Positions 13,394-24,936 of a DNA stretch of 64,000 nt are shown one piece after another. The position numbers were made by a program, and so were the translations under genes. Source of the stretch: Isurus oxyrinchus (taxonomy: Eukaryota); assembly GCA_026770705.1 (NCBI GenBank), contig JANJGN010000026.1:37944001-38008000 (forward strand), given 5' to 3'. The notes under the pieces are model-generated. The model searched no databases. It saw nothing but the letters and a program-made list of their open reading frames with translations, and had not been told where the DNA came from. Numbering within the stretch: the first letter of the stretch is position 1; the number at the start of each line of letters is the position of its first letter.

Positions 13394-13884
13394 GGGAGGG
13401 ATGATCGTGCAGTGGGAACGTCACTGGATCAGTAACCCAGAGATCCAGACCTTTTCCCTGGGGATAGGGGTTTGAATCCCATTATGGCAGCATGTGGAAT
13501 CCAAATTCAATTAATAAATCTGGAATTGAAAGCTCGTCTCAATAATGGTGACCATGAAACTATAATCGATGAAATTACACATCCACCTGGTTCACCGATG
13601 CACTTTAGGGAAGGAAATCTGCCGTCCTTCCCCAGTCTGGACTACAGAGTTTTTTGTTCGTTCATGAGAATGGGGGCGGCGCTGGCTAGGCCAGCATTTA
13701 TTGCCCATCCCTAATTACCCCCTTGAGAACAGTGCGGCTTGTTAGGCTGGGTTTTTATGACAATGGTTTCATGATCATCATTAGATTTTTCAATTCAAAT
13801 TTCACCATCTGCCGTGGTGGGATTCAAACCCAGACCCCCAGCGATTTACTAGCCCAGTGAGAATACCAGCACATCACCACCTCC
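13394..13884. mobile_element. Two tRNA-derived SINE copies (DeuSINE/SacSINE-like) facing each other
   Basis: + copy 13394-13645 has a B-box-like GGGTTTGAATCCC head. - copy about 13650-13884. The 3' tail GGGATGGGCAATAAATGCTGG is shared with the LINE family above. Family name is from memory, not a database search. Confidence 0.7.
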
Positions 13885-15009
13885 CATACATATAAATCCA
13901 GACCCACAGCTTTGTGGAGTCCCATTCTGCAGTTATTTGTTTACTTGTCCACCACCATTTACAACTGGATGTGACAGGACTGCAGAGGTAAATCCAATCA
14001 GTTTGAATTGGGAACCTCCAGACTGTGTGATATAAATATTGGTATTGACTGGTGCAGTATCAATTGAAACAGGGTACATTGAAATATAAAGAGAGACAGT
14101 GTTTGGTCTAACATAAAAATAGTTGGAGTCCAATTTAAAAAAACAGAGACAGGGTCCAGTGCAGTATTAACTGAGACAATGTCTGTTTCACAGAATGTGT
14201 CCATCAAGATTTCACATCCATCTGCTGGACAAACTTTGCAATTGCAGCTACTGTGAAAATTTCACTGTCAGGTTAGATCTTTGACATTATTGTATCAAGA
14301 ATACAGTTCCCCAGGTGTCACACCACATCGCCTTCTGCGGGAGGAGTCAAAATTTAACAAAATTCAACTAATTGCAGATGAACGTGGTTGATTAGCGCAC
14401 GTTAAAGCGGCACCAGAGTAAAGCAGCCCAATTCCTGGTAATGTAACTTTGTTCATCTTGATTAAAGGGAGGGATGTTGACCAAGAGAGGGTGGGAGCTT
14501 TAATATCCACCTCAACAAACATTGTGTTGGGGAGAGTTTATTCGTTCATGATACCACCTGATAGACAGTTAGGGTCATTTTCTTCAATAGTTAAGGCCTA
14601 TGGAGCCTCCCAGGAAGTCAAGGTGACATCTTAAGTTGAAGCACAAGATGCCATTTTGGTCTGTGTGTGTGTGAGGGAGATTGGGAGGGAGAGAAAGAGC
14701 GAGCAGCACATCACATTGTTTGCAACTGAAATTCACGAAGTTCCTGGACAGCCTTCCATCTCTGAAAGGTCACAGACACACAATGGAAACAAACCCATTT
14801 CAGATGTGCTCATTGCTAAGAAGGCCAATTGTTGTGAGGCAGGCTCTGCCACAAGTGCTGCACATGAAGCTACAAAGTGTCGTTGTGACTTGGTTTTTCC
14901 CGGTGTTGGCCTCGATTTCCAAGCTGCTTTAGCCGCTGGTCATCGTGGTGATTCATGCCAATCCACAGGAGGTGTCACCATTTTCCTCAGTTGTCAGTTA
15001 GTTACATTC

Positions 15010-16230
15010 AGTTACGATAATCGATAGTTAGAGCCTTCACTTGAAGCAACCTTGAAGCGGAGTTTTGGGTGACCCCACTGGTTGCCTGCCTCCAGCTCCC
15101 TCACCAAACAGAAAATCCTTGTGTATGTGACCATCTTCCATCCTGTGAACGTTCCCAAGCCATAAAAACCGCTTCTGTTTGATGAGTTCTTCAGCCTTGG
15201 GAGCTCTGCCTTTGAGAGTATCACTGCATTCGTGCCTTTATCCTGCCAGTAAATACCCATAATGTGCAGCAGGTATTGAAGATGGAAATTGTGCAGCTTC
15301 TTTACTTGACAACTGTAAGTCGCCCATGTTTCACAGCCATTCAACAAGGTGCTGAGAACACAGGCCTTATAAACCATCAGCTTGGTCCTAAGGGTCAGTT
15401 TGATATTATTCCATGGGCGTTTCATGAGTCAGGCAAAGGTGGCAGCTGCTTTCCCCATGCGGGTATCAAGTTCTTCATCAAGGAACAGGCTGCCTAGCAC
15501 CATGGAATCCAGTGAGCGGAATTTACCTCCATCCGGGTGTTATTTAGTGTGATCAATGACGGAAATGCAACACCTTTTCCCATGACCACGGTTTTCTCCA
15601 TGCTTAAAGTCAGGGAGAACAAGTTACAGGCATGGGACAGTCAGTTCATCAGTCTTTGTGGATAAGTTTCCATTTTGATGACAGATTTATCAGCATGGAG
15701 GAATTCTCTGATCAGGATTCAATGTGTTTATATCTTTGCTTTCTGTCTTATAGATTGTGGAGCTTGCGGTCTGATCAAGTGTAAGTCAACTCCTTCCATA
15801 TTTACAGGGAAGACAAAGATCAGCTGCATGAAGAAGGTGCCCAACAGAGTGGGGATTGGACACAGGCCTGCTTCACTCCATTCTTCACTCCGAATCTGTC
15901 GGAAGTGGAATCATCAATCTGTACAATGCAGGGCACGTTGTCATGGAAGGGCTGGATGAGACTGGGGAGCTTTGGTGAACAGCCAATTTTCCCAAAAATC
16001 TTCTGGAGTAGTGTTCTGCTGATGGTGTCGAGCGTATGGAGCAAATCCTGTCCAGAGTATATCTTCTGACACAAGTATCAGACTGTGCTTCAGCCTGAAA
16101 CCAGATGAAGTCTTTAAAGTATGACCCGAGAAAAGGCCTTCTCCATGACTCTGTGAGTGAGATGTCCCTGTAGTTGTTGCAGTCTCACCTGTCAGCTTTG
16201 TTTTCAGATAGTGTGGTGATTTTTGCATCA
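15010..16230 (-). mobile_element. RTE-clade LINE RT fragment (degenerate)
   Basis: ORFs 15820-16074 (FGKIGCSPKLPSLIQPFHD...VKNGVKQAC) and 15012-15425 (TKLMVYKACVLSTLLNGCETW) are RTE-type RT motifs. Confidence 0.85.
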
Positions 16231-16294
16231 TTCACCTCCTGTGGAACAGATCTTATCTTTCAGCAGAGAAGAAGAAGGTCGTAGAGGCGGAGAA

Positions 16295-16550
16295 AGATAA
16301 ATAATTATCAACACCAACCATTATCAATTCACGAAGGAAAATAATTATATTCAAGAATTATCATCAATTCACAAAGATAAGTAAGTATTTTCACCAGTTG
16401 GCATCAATTCACAAAGATAAATAATTATATTGATCAATTATCATCAACCCACAAAGATAAATAATTATATTCACCAATTACCATCAATTCACAAGACAAA
16501 TAATTATATTCAGAAATTATCATTCATTCACAAAGATTAATAATTGCATG
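16295..16550 (+). repeat. 40-bp AT-rich minisatellite, about 6 copies
   Basis: TAATTATAT recurs at 16342, 16422, 16462. Unit TCACCAATTATCATCAATTCACAAAGATAAATAATTATAT. Confidence 0.8.
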
Positions 16551-16699
16551 AACCAATCATTTTCAGCCTTTTATTCCATACAAAATGTAATTGCGATTCA
16601 TTTAATATCATTAACATTGAATGAGGTCACATTGACCATTCTGTCAGTAATGGATCATATCTGTCCCAGAATTCAGTGGGAAATGAAATTAAATCAGAC

Positions 16700-16885
16700 C
16701 GAGGGTAATGAATCTGCCACTGTACCTAGTCTGGCCTACATGTGACTCCAGATCCGCAGCAACATGATGGACTCTAACTGTCCTCTGAAATGGCCGAGCA
16801 AGGCACTCAGTTCAAAGGCAATTAGGGACAGGCAACAAATGCTGGCCTTGCCAATGACTCCCACATCCCGTGAAAGAGTAAAGGG
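16700..16885 (+). mobile_element. SINE 3' half, same family as 13394
   Basis: CTGGCCTACATGTGACTCCAGA...GGCAATTAGGGA...CCCACATCCC tail. Confidence 0.7.
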
Positions 16886-18688
16886 GCAAAAAAATCACAC
16901 AAATGTATATGTTTGACTGTTACAAATTGTATCCTCTCTCTGAGTCGTCTCTAAAAGTCTGTCTGTAATTCTTTCCATCCATCCATCCATCAAATATTAT
17001 GATGTGTTGGAGAGATCCTCCAATGAGCTATTGTTGCTAACAGGGTGTCAGAGAAGTTGAATAACTTTTCTTCCCTGAGAGATGGGAACAGTTCACATAA
17101 GTTCACAACTTAAAAAATAAAACTGACTCCAGTGTTGTTGCAGGGTAAATTTATTATAAATAGGCCTTGCTGACAATGTTAAGGGTTTGAAGTTGCCTTG
17201 CAGCAAAGCGGTCAGTACTGAGGAAACAGATCTTTGATTAACTGCACAAACTCCCTGATGCTTCCTGTAAACAACATCGGACATTCGAGCCTCCCTGACT
17301 GCAGCCGGCTGACTTGCTTACAAATATTGTTTGGGGCAGATTAGCCTGGATATGAATGAACAAAATGGTTTTAGCCATTCAAACAATAAATATTTGTGTC
17401 GCACACGAAAGACACATTTTTAAATGGTACTTCATCTAAGGAAATATTTGAATGAATGCCGTGTTCACGGTGAGATTAAACTCGATCCGAAAATATTAAA
17501 TTCACCACATATTACTTAATTTATATTATTGCTAAGTAAAGGGCATTCCAATTATTAAAGCCGGTTTATTAAGAACTTCATGGAGTGCGAGAGAGCGATG
17601 TTGATAGTCCCAATCCCCCAGTCTAATGAGCTGAGTAGAATGGCAAAAAATTAAAAGAAATTAAGTTAAAAGAAAATCATAAAATTGTATTGAACCTGCA
17701 GGAATTCCTTGAATATTCTCCCAGTTGTGCACCTCATTTAGCCTGTGGGGTCCCTTATACCTCATTAGCACCGTGAAATTTACAGTTTAATTTGTGCTGA
17801 TTTCGATTATTTAACAGTCCCTCTCATAGCTGCCAGTGAGTGGAGAAATGATCAGTTCATGACCCGCTTCAGTGGGAGATAAAACATTTATCCTTGTGAT
17901 ATTGTGTAATATGCCGCAAAGTCCTGATATCCTGTGTTCCCAATACCAGTGAATGGTAGACAGCGGGAGGCCAATAAAATCAGCTGCAATAATTTGGATG
18001 CTGAAGGTTAACTTTTCTGATCTCCGTATTCGTTCTGATTCATTAACTTCTTTGTCAACAGTTGATGTAAATTTTACCTTTCTCTGTAAACTTACTGTTC
18101 AATTATCAGGCAGGTGGGCTTCTTTTATCGCTAATTAAAACAGGGTTGTCTTCGGGTCAGGGGCAGATCGAGAAATACAAGGAGAGGCATTGTATAATGT
18201 GAGGAGATTCTTCTTATCTTCGGACCCAAATTATACAGCGATAGCCACCCTGGCTGTAAATAGAATCAACTTGTTCATCCCCTGCATTTCGTTACATAAA
18301 TCAATAATAATTACTATGACTGATGACGCTTAATTATTGTAGTGAGATATGGACCCGGGTTGCTGCAAAACAGACTGACCTTTATTCCCTGATAATGTAA
18401 TTTTTTTTTTAGGTTCAACCCCTTGGGAAGTAGTGTAGAAATAAATGGACTTAATTTACAATGGAATTAGATTTTTATTAATAGATGCTCAACAGCAATT
18501 TCACCATTAGAACCAATGAATACATTACAATGAACCCACTCAGCCAAATATCCCGAAACAGATAAAAATGTCCACTTTTAACAATAACCTATTGTAAATA
18601 TCTGGAGTCCATTCTGTTGGGGATGTGGAAGGTGGGGCTGGATCCAGTCGCCGCCTCCACCACGGAATCAACAGGCGGCGCCTGGAAA

Positions 18689-18717
18689 CCCGCCCCCTTC
18701 TGCCGGGTATTTAAATG
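18689..18717 (+). promoter_or_regulatory. VH promoter: GC box and TATA-like box, no octamer
   Basis: CCCGCCCC at 18689-18696 and TATTTAAA at 18708-18715, about 90 bp upstream of the leader ATG (18807). I saw no ATGCAAAT/ATTTGCAT in the proximal upstream region. Confidence 0.65.
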
Positions 18718-18806
18718 CCGCTCACTGGGGCCGGAATCCAACTGTCCGGGAGTTGGTTTGTTCACTGAGTTCTGGACAGAACCATTTTCCCCAAGTGTCC
18801 AGAAGG

Positions 18807-18852
18807 ATGAGGTCGGCGATTTCTCTCAGTTTGTTGCTGACTTTCTTATCCC
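18807..18852 (+). CDS. IGHV: IgM VH leader exon (MRSAISLSLLLTFLS-)
   Basis: Hydrophobic signal peptide with a phase-1 donor C|GTGAGT at 18853. Splices in frame to the acceptor TTTTACAG|18981, giving ...R-V-Q-S. Confidence 0.93.
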
Positions 18853-18980
18853 GTGAGTAGTTTTTATTGTCCAAGTCTCTCACTGTTATTGTCTCAGTGT
18901 TAGTCTCACTCTGGAATGTTACAGAGTCAGGAATCATTTCACCAGGATTAATCCTCGGGGTTTTTGATATATTTTTACAG

Positions 18981-19285
18981 GTGTCCAGTCGGAGGGTGTT
19001 TTGACTCAGCCAGAGGCAGACACCGGGCGTCCCGGAGGCTCCCTGACACTGACCTGTAAAACCAGCGGCTTCGATCTTGGCAGCTACTACATGAACTGGA
19101 TCCGACAGGTTCCCGGACAGGGGTTGGAGTGGCTGCTTTGGTACTATAGTTCATCCAGCAACAACTACGCCCCAGCAATTAAGAATCGATTTACTGCGTC
19201 CAAAGACACTTCAAGGAACATCTTCTCCTTGGACGTGACGAACCTGAAGACTGAAGACACCGCCATCTATTACTGTGCAAGAGAC
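18981..19285 (+). CDS. IGHV: Unrearranged VH gene segment, open reading frame
   Basis: (R)[101 protein letters not shown]. Both V-domain Cys, the FR2 Trp and YYC are present. Confidence 0.98.
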
Positions 19286-19324
19286 CACAGCGAGAGGATC
19301 CAGGGCTGGACCCGAACAAGAACA
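19286..19324 (+). other. VH 23-RSS
   Basis: Heptamer CACAGCG 19286-19292, 23-nt spacer, nonamer ACAAGAACA 19316-19324. Confidence 0.93.
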
Positions 19325-19694
19325 AATCGAGAGGAACTCAAAATCTTCCATCGTAACCTGACGGTCAGTACTTGTTTTAAATGTAATATTAACTGTAATG
19401 ATCAGAACCCGACAACAAGTCGCTTCTGACAAAAGTAAAACAGCAAATTTAACAGTAAAACCTAACAAACCAATTGATTTAATGGGGTGAGCTTTTGGCT
19501 GTGTTTATATTTACTGTTAACAGTTTTCACAATTACAGACCTGGATATAATTTTCATTTTAATATGTCTGATACTTGGAGGGGATCACTGTTCATTGAGT
19601 TTTGTAAACTGCTGCTTAAATACTAAACTAGATCAGGAGTAAACGTCTTTTTGAAGTGAATATTGAGAGGCAGCACTGATCAGAGATTGGGTGC

Positions 19695-19722
19695 AGTTTT
19701 TGTGCGGGTCTTTTTCACTGTG
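19695..19722 (-). other. D 5' 12-RSS
   Basis: On +: nonamer AGTTTTTGT 19695-19703, 12-nt spacer, CACTGTG 19716-19722. Confidence 0.95.
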
Positions 19723-19733
19723 ATACTGGGTGG
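19723..19733 (+). CDS. IGHD: Single DH segment (ATACTGGGTGG), stop-free in all three frames
   Basis: 11 nt between two 12-RSS. Frames read ILG, YWV, TGW. Confidence 0.93.
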
Positions 19734-19761
19734 CACAGCAGTTACTGTCAATACAAAAACC
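19734..19761 (+). other. D 3' 12-RSS
   Basis: CACAGCA 19734-19740, 12-nt spacer, perfect ACAAAAACC 19753-19761. Confidence 0.95.
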
Positions 19762-20081
19762 CCTCAGCACTAATTGAGTCTGCCTGGGTCAGTGCTCGCT
19801 TTTACAATCCTGCTGTATTTACAATGAAGTATTATTTCTGTCCAGCACTGCACAAAAAACATGGTTTAAGATGGAAAAGCTGTGATAATTATCCATGCAT
19901 CAGTTGGTGAATTCAATAACATGTTCATGTGTTATTCTGTGAATTATAAAACATTTTTGATTAGCTAAAGATATCTACAAACGCAAATATAATTTCGTGA
20001 AAATTCATCGTGACCTCACTTTGCCTCTGACTTATGAATATTTAAAATAATGGTGGATTTCTGTCTTTTTCGTGCAGGGAC

Positions 20082-20120
20082 AGTTATTGTATGGCACAGC
20101 CCAGGGAATGTAACACTGTG
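20082..20120 (-). other. JH 23-RSS
   Basis: On +: AGTTATTGT 20082-20090, 23-nt spacer, CACTGTG 20114-20120. Confidence 0.93.
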
Positions 20121-20168
20121 ACGCTATGGGCTACTGGGGGAAAGGGACCATGGTGACAGTGACTGCCG
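20121..20168 (+). CDS. IGHJ: JH gene segment (AMGYWGKGTMVTVTA)
   Basis: WGxG motif and phase-1 donor G|GTAAG at 20169. Confidence 0.97.
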
Positions 20169-21433
20169 GTAAGAACCACACATTTATTTAGTAACTGTTT
20201 TATTTGAGTCTTTGCTTTTTTGTCTATTTTAATAATTCATTCAGCCAATGAAACCTGGGTTTGGTGGATTCTGTATGCAGATTTTTTTTTTACAATATTT
20301 CTTGTGATTCTGCTGAAATTGAGTTATATAATTCCGCTGTGTCTTGATAAAAAGTGCTGCTGAGGGATTGAGACCCTGGTGGTTGTGATTTTGTGTTTAT
20401 CTGCTGAAGATACTGTGTGGCCAGGTTACTTGAAATATCTAATGCTTATAAAAACAGTTTGACGTTTCTGCAGTGTTTAACCTCGGTGACATCTAATGGC
20501 TGCGGGTTTTACCGTCTGTTGCACAAAGATGGTTTGCCATCTGTTGCAGAAATAGATTTGAAATCAAACCGAATATTAATAAAATATGCTTAAGTTTCAA
20601 TATTAATTTATTGAACATGTTCCGCCTACTCACAATGCTGTTGACATTATTCCATATTTCTGTTTCGTTTAATTATTCATTTATTTGTTGACGAGAGGGT
20701 TGTCTGGATTCGATATTGATATTTTCTTGCAATGTTACATTGGATTCTGTTGGAAGTGTTTGTAGAATTGAGCTGCTTCTCCATGAAACGGGTTTCAGCC
20801 CCTCAGTGATGTGATTTGGTGTTTTTCTGCTGAGGAGATTGTGTGTCTGGGTGACTTTGAATAAGTAGAATTTATGAAACGGTTTGGCGGTTCTGCATTG
20901 TTTCTGCTTTGTTTAAACTCCGTGACATTGCGATCGAATCCAAGCAGCCTCCGCTTTTTGTATCTGCTTGAAGTGCGATTGTAGGCAGAAAACAGACAGG
21001 TTTCAGAAATGGGCAAAAAAAAAGCACTTACGGATGTGTTAGCACATTTTGTCCTTATTTTAAGTGGTAATTGCAGATTAAACTAAACCATGGATTATGA
21101 CACTCATTCAGAACATAATTCGTTACTGCAATCAGACACTATACAATTACCAAGTTTTCAAATTGTAGAGTAAAATTAATACAATCCAAACGATTATAAT
21201 GTGGTAATATTTCTCCATATTGACGGAACAACTTTCATATTAACCTAATTGATCATTAATCGCCTTTCACAATTCTGCTGTGCTCTGCGCACAATTAACA
21301 TGATCGGGAAAGTTTTTAGGCTGGAAACATTTTGTGATTATGGTTGAAAAAATTTCAGTAGGAATATACTGACTCTACAGAATTGTTCAGCTTCAAAACA
21401 GATTTTGAATTACTTTTTTATATCCCTGATAAC

Positions 21434-21441
21434 ATTTGCAT
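21434..21441 (+). promoter_or_regulatory. Perfect octamer ATTTGCAT in the J-Cmu intron (candidate enhancer motif)
   Basis: Exact motif about 1.27 kb 3' of JH in AT-rich sequence. Function is inferred only. Confidence 0.35.
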
Positions 21442-23454
21442 TGACTTAAAGAAGAGTTTAACATTGTAGTTTGGCAATATGTCTATCCGGTTATTACATT
21501 TTTTCTGTGCAGCCGTAACCATATTATTCCTTCAATGTCATTGGGATTTGGATAGTGAGACAATTGTCACTAATCTAATTTTAAACAGTTTTCTGGGTGG
21601 TGGGGGGGCGGGGGTGGCGGTGTAATTCGCTGGCAGTAAAGGAATTGTTCGTACATTTTTTTGAACTGTAGATGAATAGAGATTGACAAGTAAAAGCCTG
21701 AAATTCGAACAGGTTACTTTAATTGCAAACATTAGTACTAGTTTTGAACTTAATAACAACATCCTGTCTCCCATTGCTGTGCTGTACACAGAATAGAATT
21801 ATAGGAGAAGAACAGATTATATCTGAGATTGATGCTTAATTCTTATTAAATATTAAATTGAAGAACAAAATCTGGAATCAATTTGCTGGTTATATTTCAG
21901 TGGCGCAAATGATCTGAATGAATTATTCTCATCAAATTGTATACTGATCAATTTGGATCTTCTTTCAGTGAACAATATATTTAACAATTAAATTATAGAG
22001 ATTGTTATCTAGGAAGCACTTTTATTACTTATAGCTTGGAGTTAAGGCAAGTTTGATTCAGCAAACAGATGATATTACATCTCATCAACAGTTAATGCGA
22101 TGTGACCCCGGCAAGATTTGAAAGTGCTTCAAATATTCAACTCATAAATTCATCATGTGAATTACTCGATGAGAATAGATGGAATTTATGATTTCTCAAT
22201 GCGTTCAGAAACACGCATAGTTTACAATTTTGTCCGTTAAAACAGAGCAGGAGAAGTAAAAATAAAATAGTAAATATTGATCAGATCCAAGTAAAATTGA
22301 TATACTTGCCTGAATGTTACCATCTAGTAATTTGAAGTTCAACATTGTTTCAGTGTCAGGTTGATTTAAATAAACCCCAGTTATTTCACAAAGTACCAAG
22401 GAGAAACAAATTCTGAATTATTGAAAGCTATTTTTATTATAAAGTAGAAATCAGCCCACAAGAAAATGAATTGACAATAACAAGATAATTAAATTAAAAT
22501 ATAATATTAGTGATAATTAATTCAACATAAATGAACTCCAACAATTAAATAGTGTACTGGACATTAAAGTGAATGCAAAATCTCAAAGGGTGGAGAGAAT
22601 GTTCAATTGTATCCAAAATGAATTTAGAAAAAATACTTTTCTTATTCAGCTGTGCTCAGCTCGATAGGGTGTTTCGCCTTGATGATTTTATTGGTTATAT
22701 GTATACCTAAAATCAAATCTAATCAGTGGGTAATCTGTTTTCAATGTGAATGTTTCCTGATTTGTTTAATTCTTACCCTGTCATTGAGTCTTTATTAGGG
22801 ACAACCAATTATCCTGAATCTGTAATATTTGCTGTGCTCATTTTCAGGGTAATTTAAGTCGTACATTGTTTGGAGATTTGAGTCAGACAGAGAATTAGAT
22901 GGACTTCAAAGGGAGTTTTGAAATGAAACTTAGTTTAATTTCAAAGAAGTCATAGCATAATTGTAGCAAATTGATCAATTAGAATCAAACAGCTTGAGTG
23001 AAATGGACAGATTGAATAGATCTATCTGCTGGGAACTCGATTGTTGGACCATTTGTGTCTGTTCTGTTTCTGTGCGGATGGTCACTGTGCTGGGACCAGG
23101 AATCTTCCTGGCTGGTTGTTAACCTTCTGGTTCGCTCTACTGTATTTCAGGAAGTGCAGTTTGATTTATTTCTTCACAAAACTTGTATTTGTGAGAAATG
23201 TGAAAGTTTGAATTTTTGACCAAGCGCCTCAGAAATGAGATGCCCAACCCATTGTGACAGTCAGAAAGGACAATTCAGAAACGACAGACAGACTGTCGAA
23301 GGAGATTTGGTCGATTTTAAGCCAGGTATGTATCTGTCTTGGGAGTGTTCGGTTAGACAATGCAGAGAGAGTTTTACCCTATGTTAATCCGTGCAGTAGC
23401 AGTCCTTGACCTATTTGGTTGGACAATGCAGAGGAAGAAATTAGCCTGTATCTT

Positions 23455-24050
23455 ATTTTAAATCCTTTTATAGGATGTTAGGGTCGCTGGCAAGACCAGC
23501 ATTTGTTGCCCATCCTAATTGCCCATCCTTGAGGAAGTGTTGAAATGCTGCCTCCTTGAAAAGCTGCAGGTTCACTCACAATGCTGTTTGGTCAGGAATT
23601 CCAGGATTTTGACCCATTGATAGTGAAGGAACGGCGATATAGTTCCAAATCAGGATTTCAGTGTCTTGGAGGGGAACATACAGGTGTTTCCAAACGCCCT
23701 TGTCCTTCTAGTTAGGAGAGGTTGCGGGTTTTGAAGGAGCCTTGGCGAGTTGCTGCAGTGCATCTTGTGTATGGCACACACTGCTGTCACTGTGCGTCGG
23801 TGGGGGAGGGAGGGAATGTTTAGGGTAGTGGATGGGGGTACCAATTCTGTGGGCTGCTTTGTCCTGGATAGTATCGAGTTTCTTGGGGTTTTTTGAAGTT
23901 TCACACATCGAGACAAGTGGAAACTATTCAATCGCAGTCCTGACTTGAGCCTTGTATATGGTCAGTTTTCTTTGGGCAATAGGTGTTGAATTACTTGCCA
24001 CAGAATTCCCAGCCTCTGACCGGCTCCTGCAGCACAGCACTGATATCAAA
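23455..24050 (-). mobile_element. L2/CR1-type LINE 3' fragment in the J-C intron
   Basis: ORF 23650-23931 (LNIPSLPHRRTVTAVCAIHKMHCSNSPRLL) and the shared GGGATGGGCAACAAATGCTGG tail. Confidence 0.8.
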
Positions 24051-24779
24051 ACTGGATTGAAACCTCTCCTGTGCATATTTGATGGGAGAATGTAGACAGA
24101 GTTTTATTTTATTTCAAACTGGTGCTGTATCTGACCCGGAGTGTTTGACAGATCAGTGGAGAGTTGACTTTGTGTTGAATCCCACCCTTGCAGCTGTTGA
24201 CAGGAGTGTACTGGAGGAGGAGTGGGGGCTTTAATCCATATCTTAACTTGTCCTCTTCCTGACCTGAGAGTCTTCTCCCCGCAGAAGTCAAACAAACTGA
24301 ATCAGCATCGAACTAACTGGCTGTGGGTTCTCGAGCCAAATCTGTGAAAATAAATAGTTCCATTGCTCGGTTGAAATGATGCACGTTAATTGCTTTTAAC
24401 AATATTTCTGCAGAGAACATGTATAAATTTTAATGAATTAATTATGTTTAAGCATTTTGAGTATCAGAAAATCATTGAATGTGAGTGACCTGAACTTGAG
24501 CACAATTTCAGAACAAACAGAATCAGGGAGTAACAGTGAGGTTCCAGAGAGCAGTGCCTGTTCTGATCTGATCAGAGGCTGCGAGGTATTTAAATGGCTG
24601 AAGTGGACAATGACAAGACTCCCACTCCAAATAACCAGCTGCGGGGGATTTGGGGAAAAGGAGCCGCCATCAAAAACTGAGTCATTGGATTACCACTTTA
24701 CAGAAATGAGAGCATGAGGAGGACATTTGGCTCTTTGATCCTGCCCTCCATTCAGTCAAATATTGGCTGATCTACCTCG

Positions 24780-24898
24780 ACACACTCAGTCTCTTTACTC
24801 TCACTCACTTTCTGCGTCACACACTTTCTCTCACACACATGCACACACACTCTCTCACGCACTCTCTCTGACAGACATGCACTCTCTCTTTCTCTCTG

Positions 24899-24936
<38 letters not shown>

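Noticed and set aside
19586-19592. CACTGTT in the V-D spacer as the heptamer of a missing D1
   Set aside because: No nonamer at 12 or 23 bp spacing and no partner RSS on the other side.
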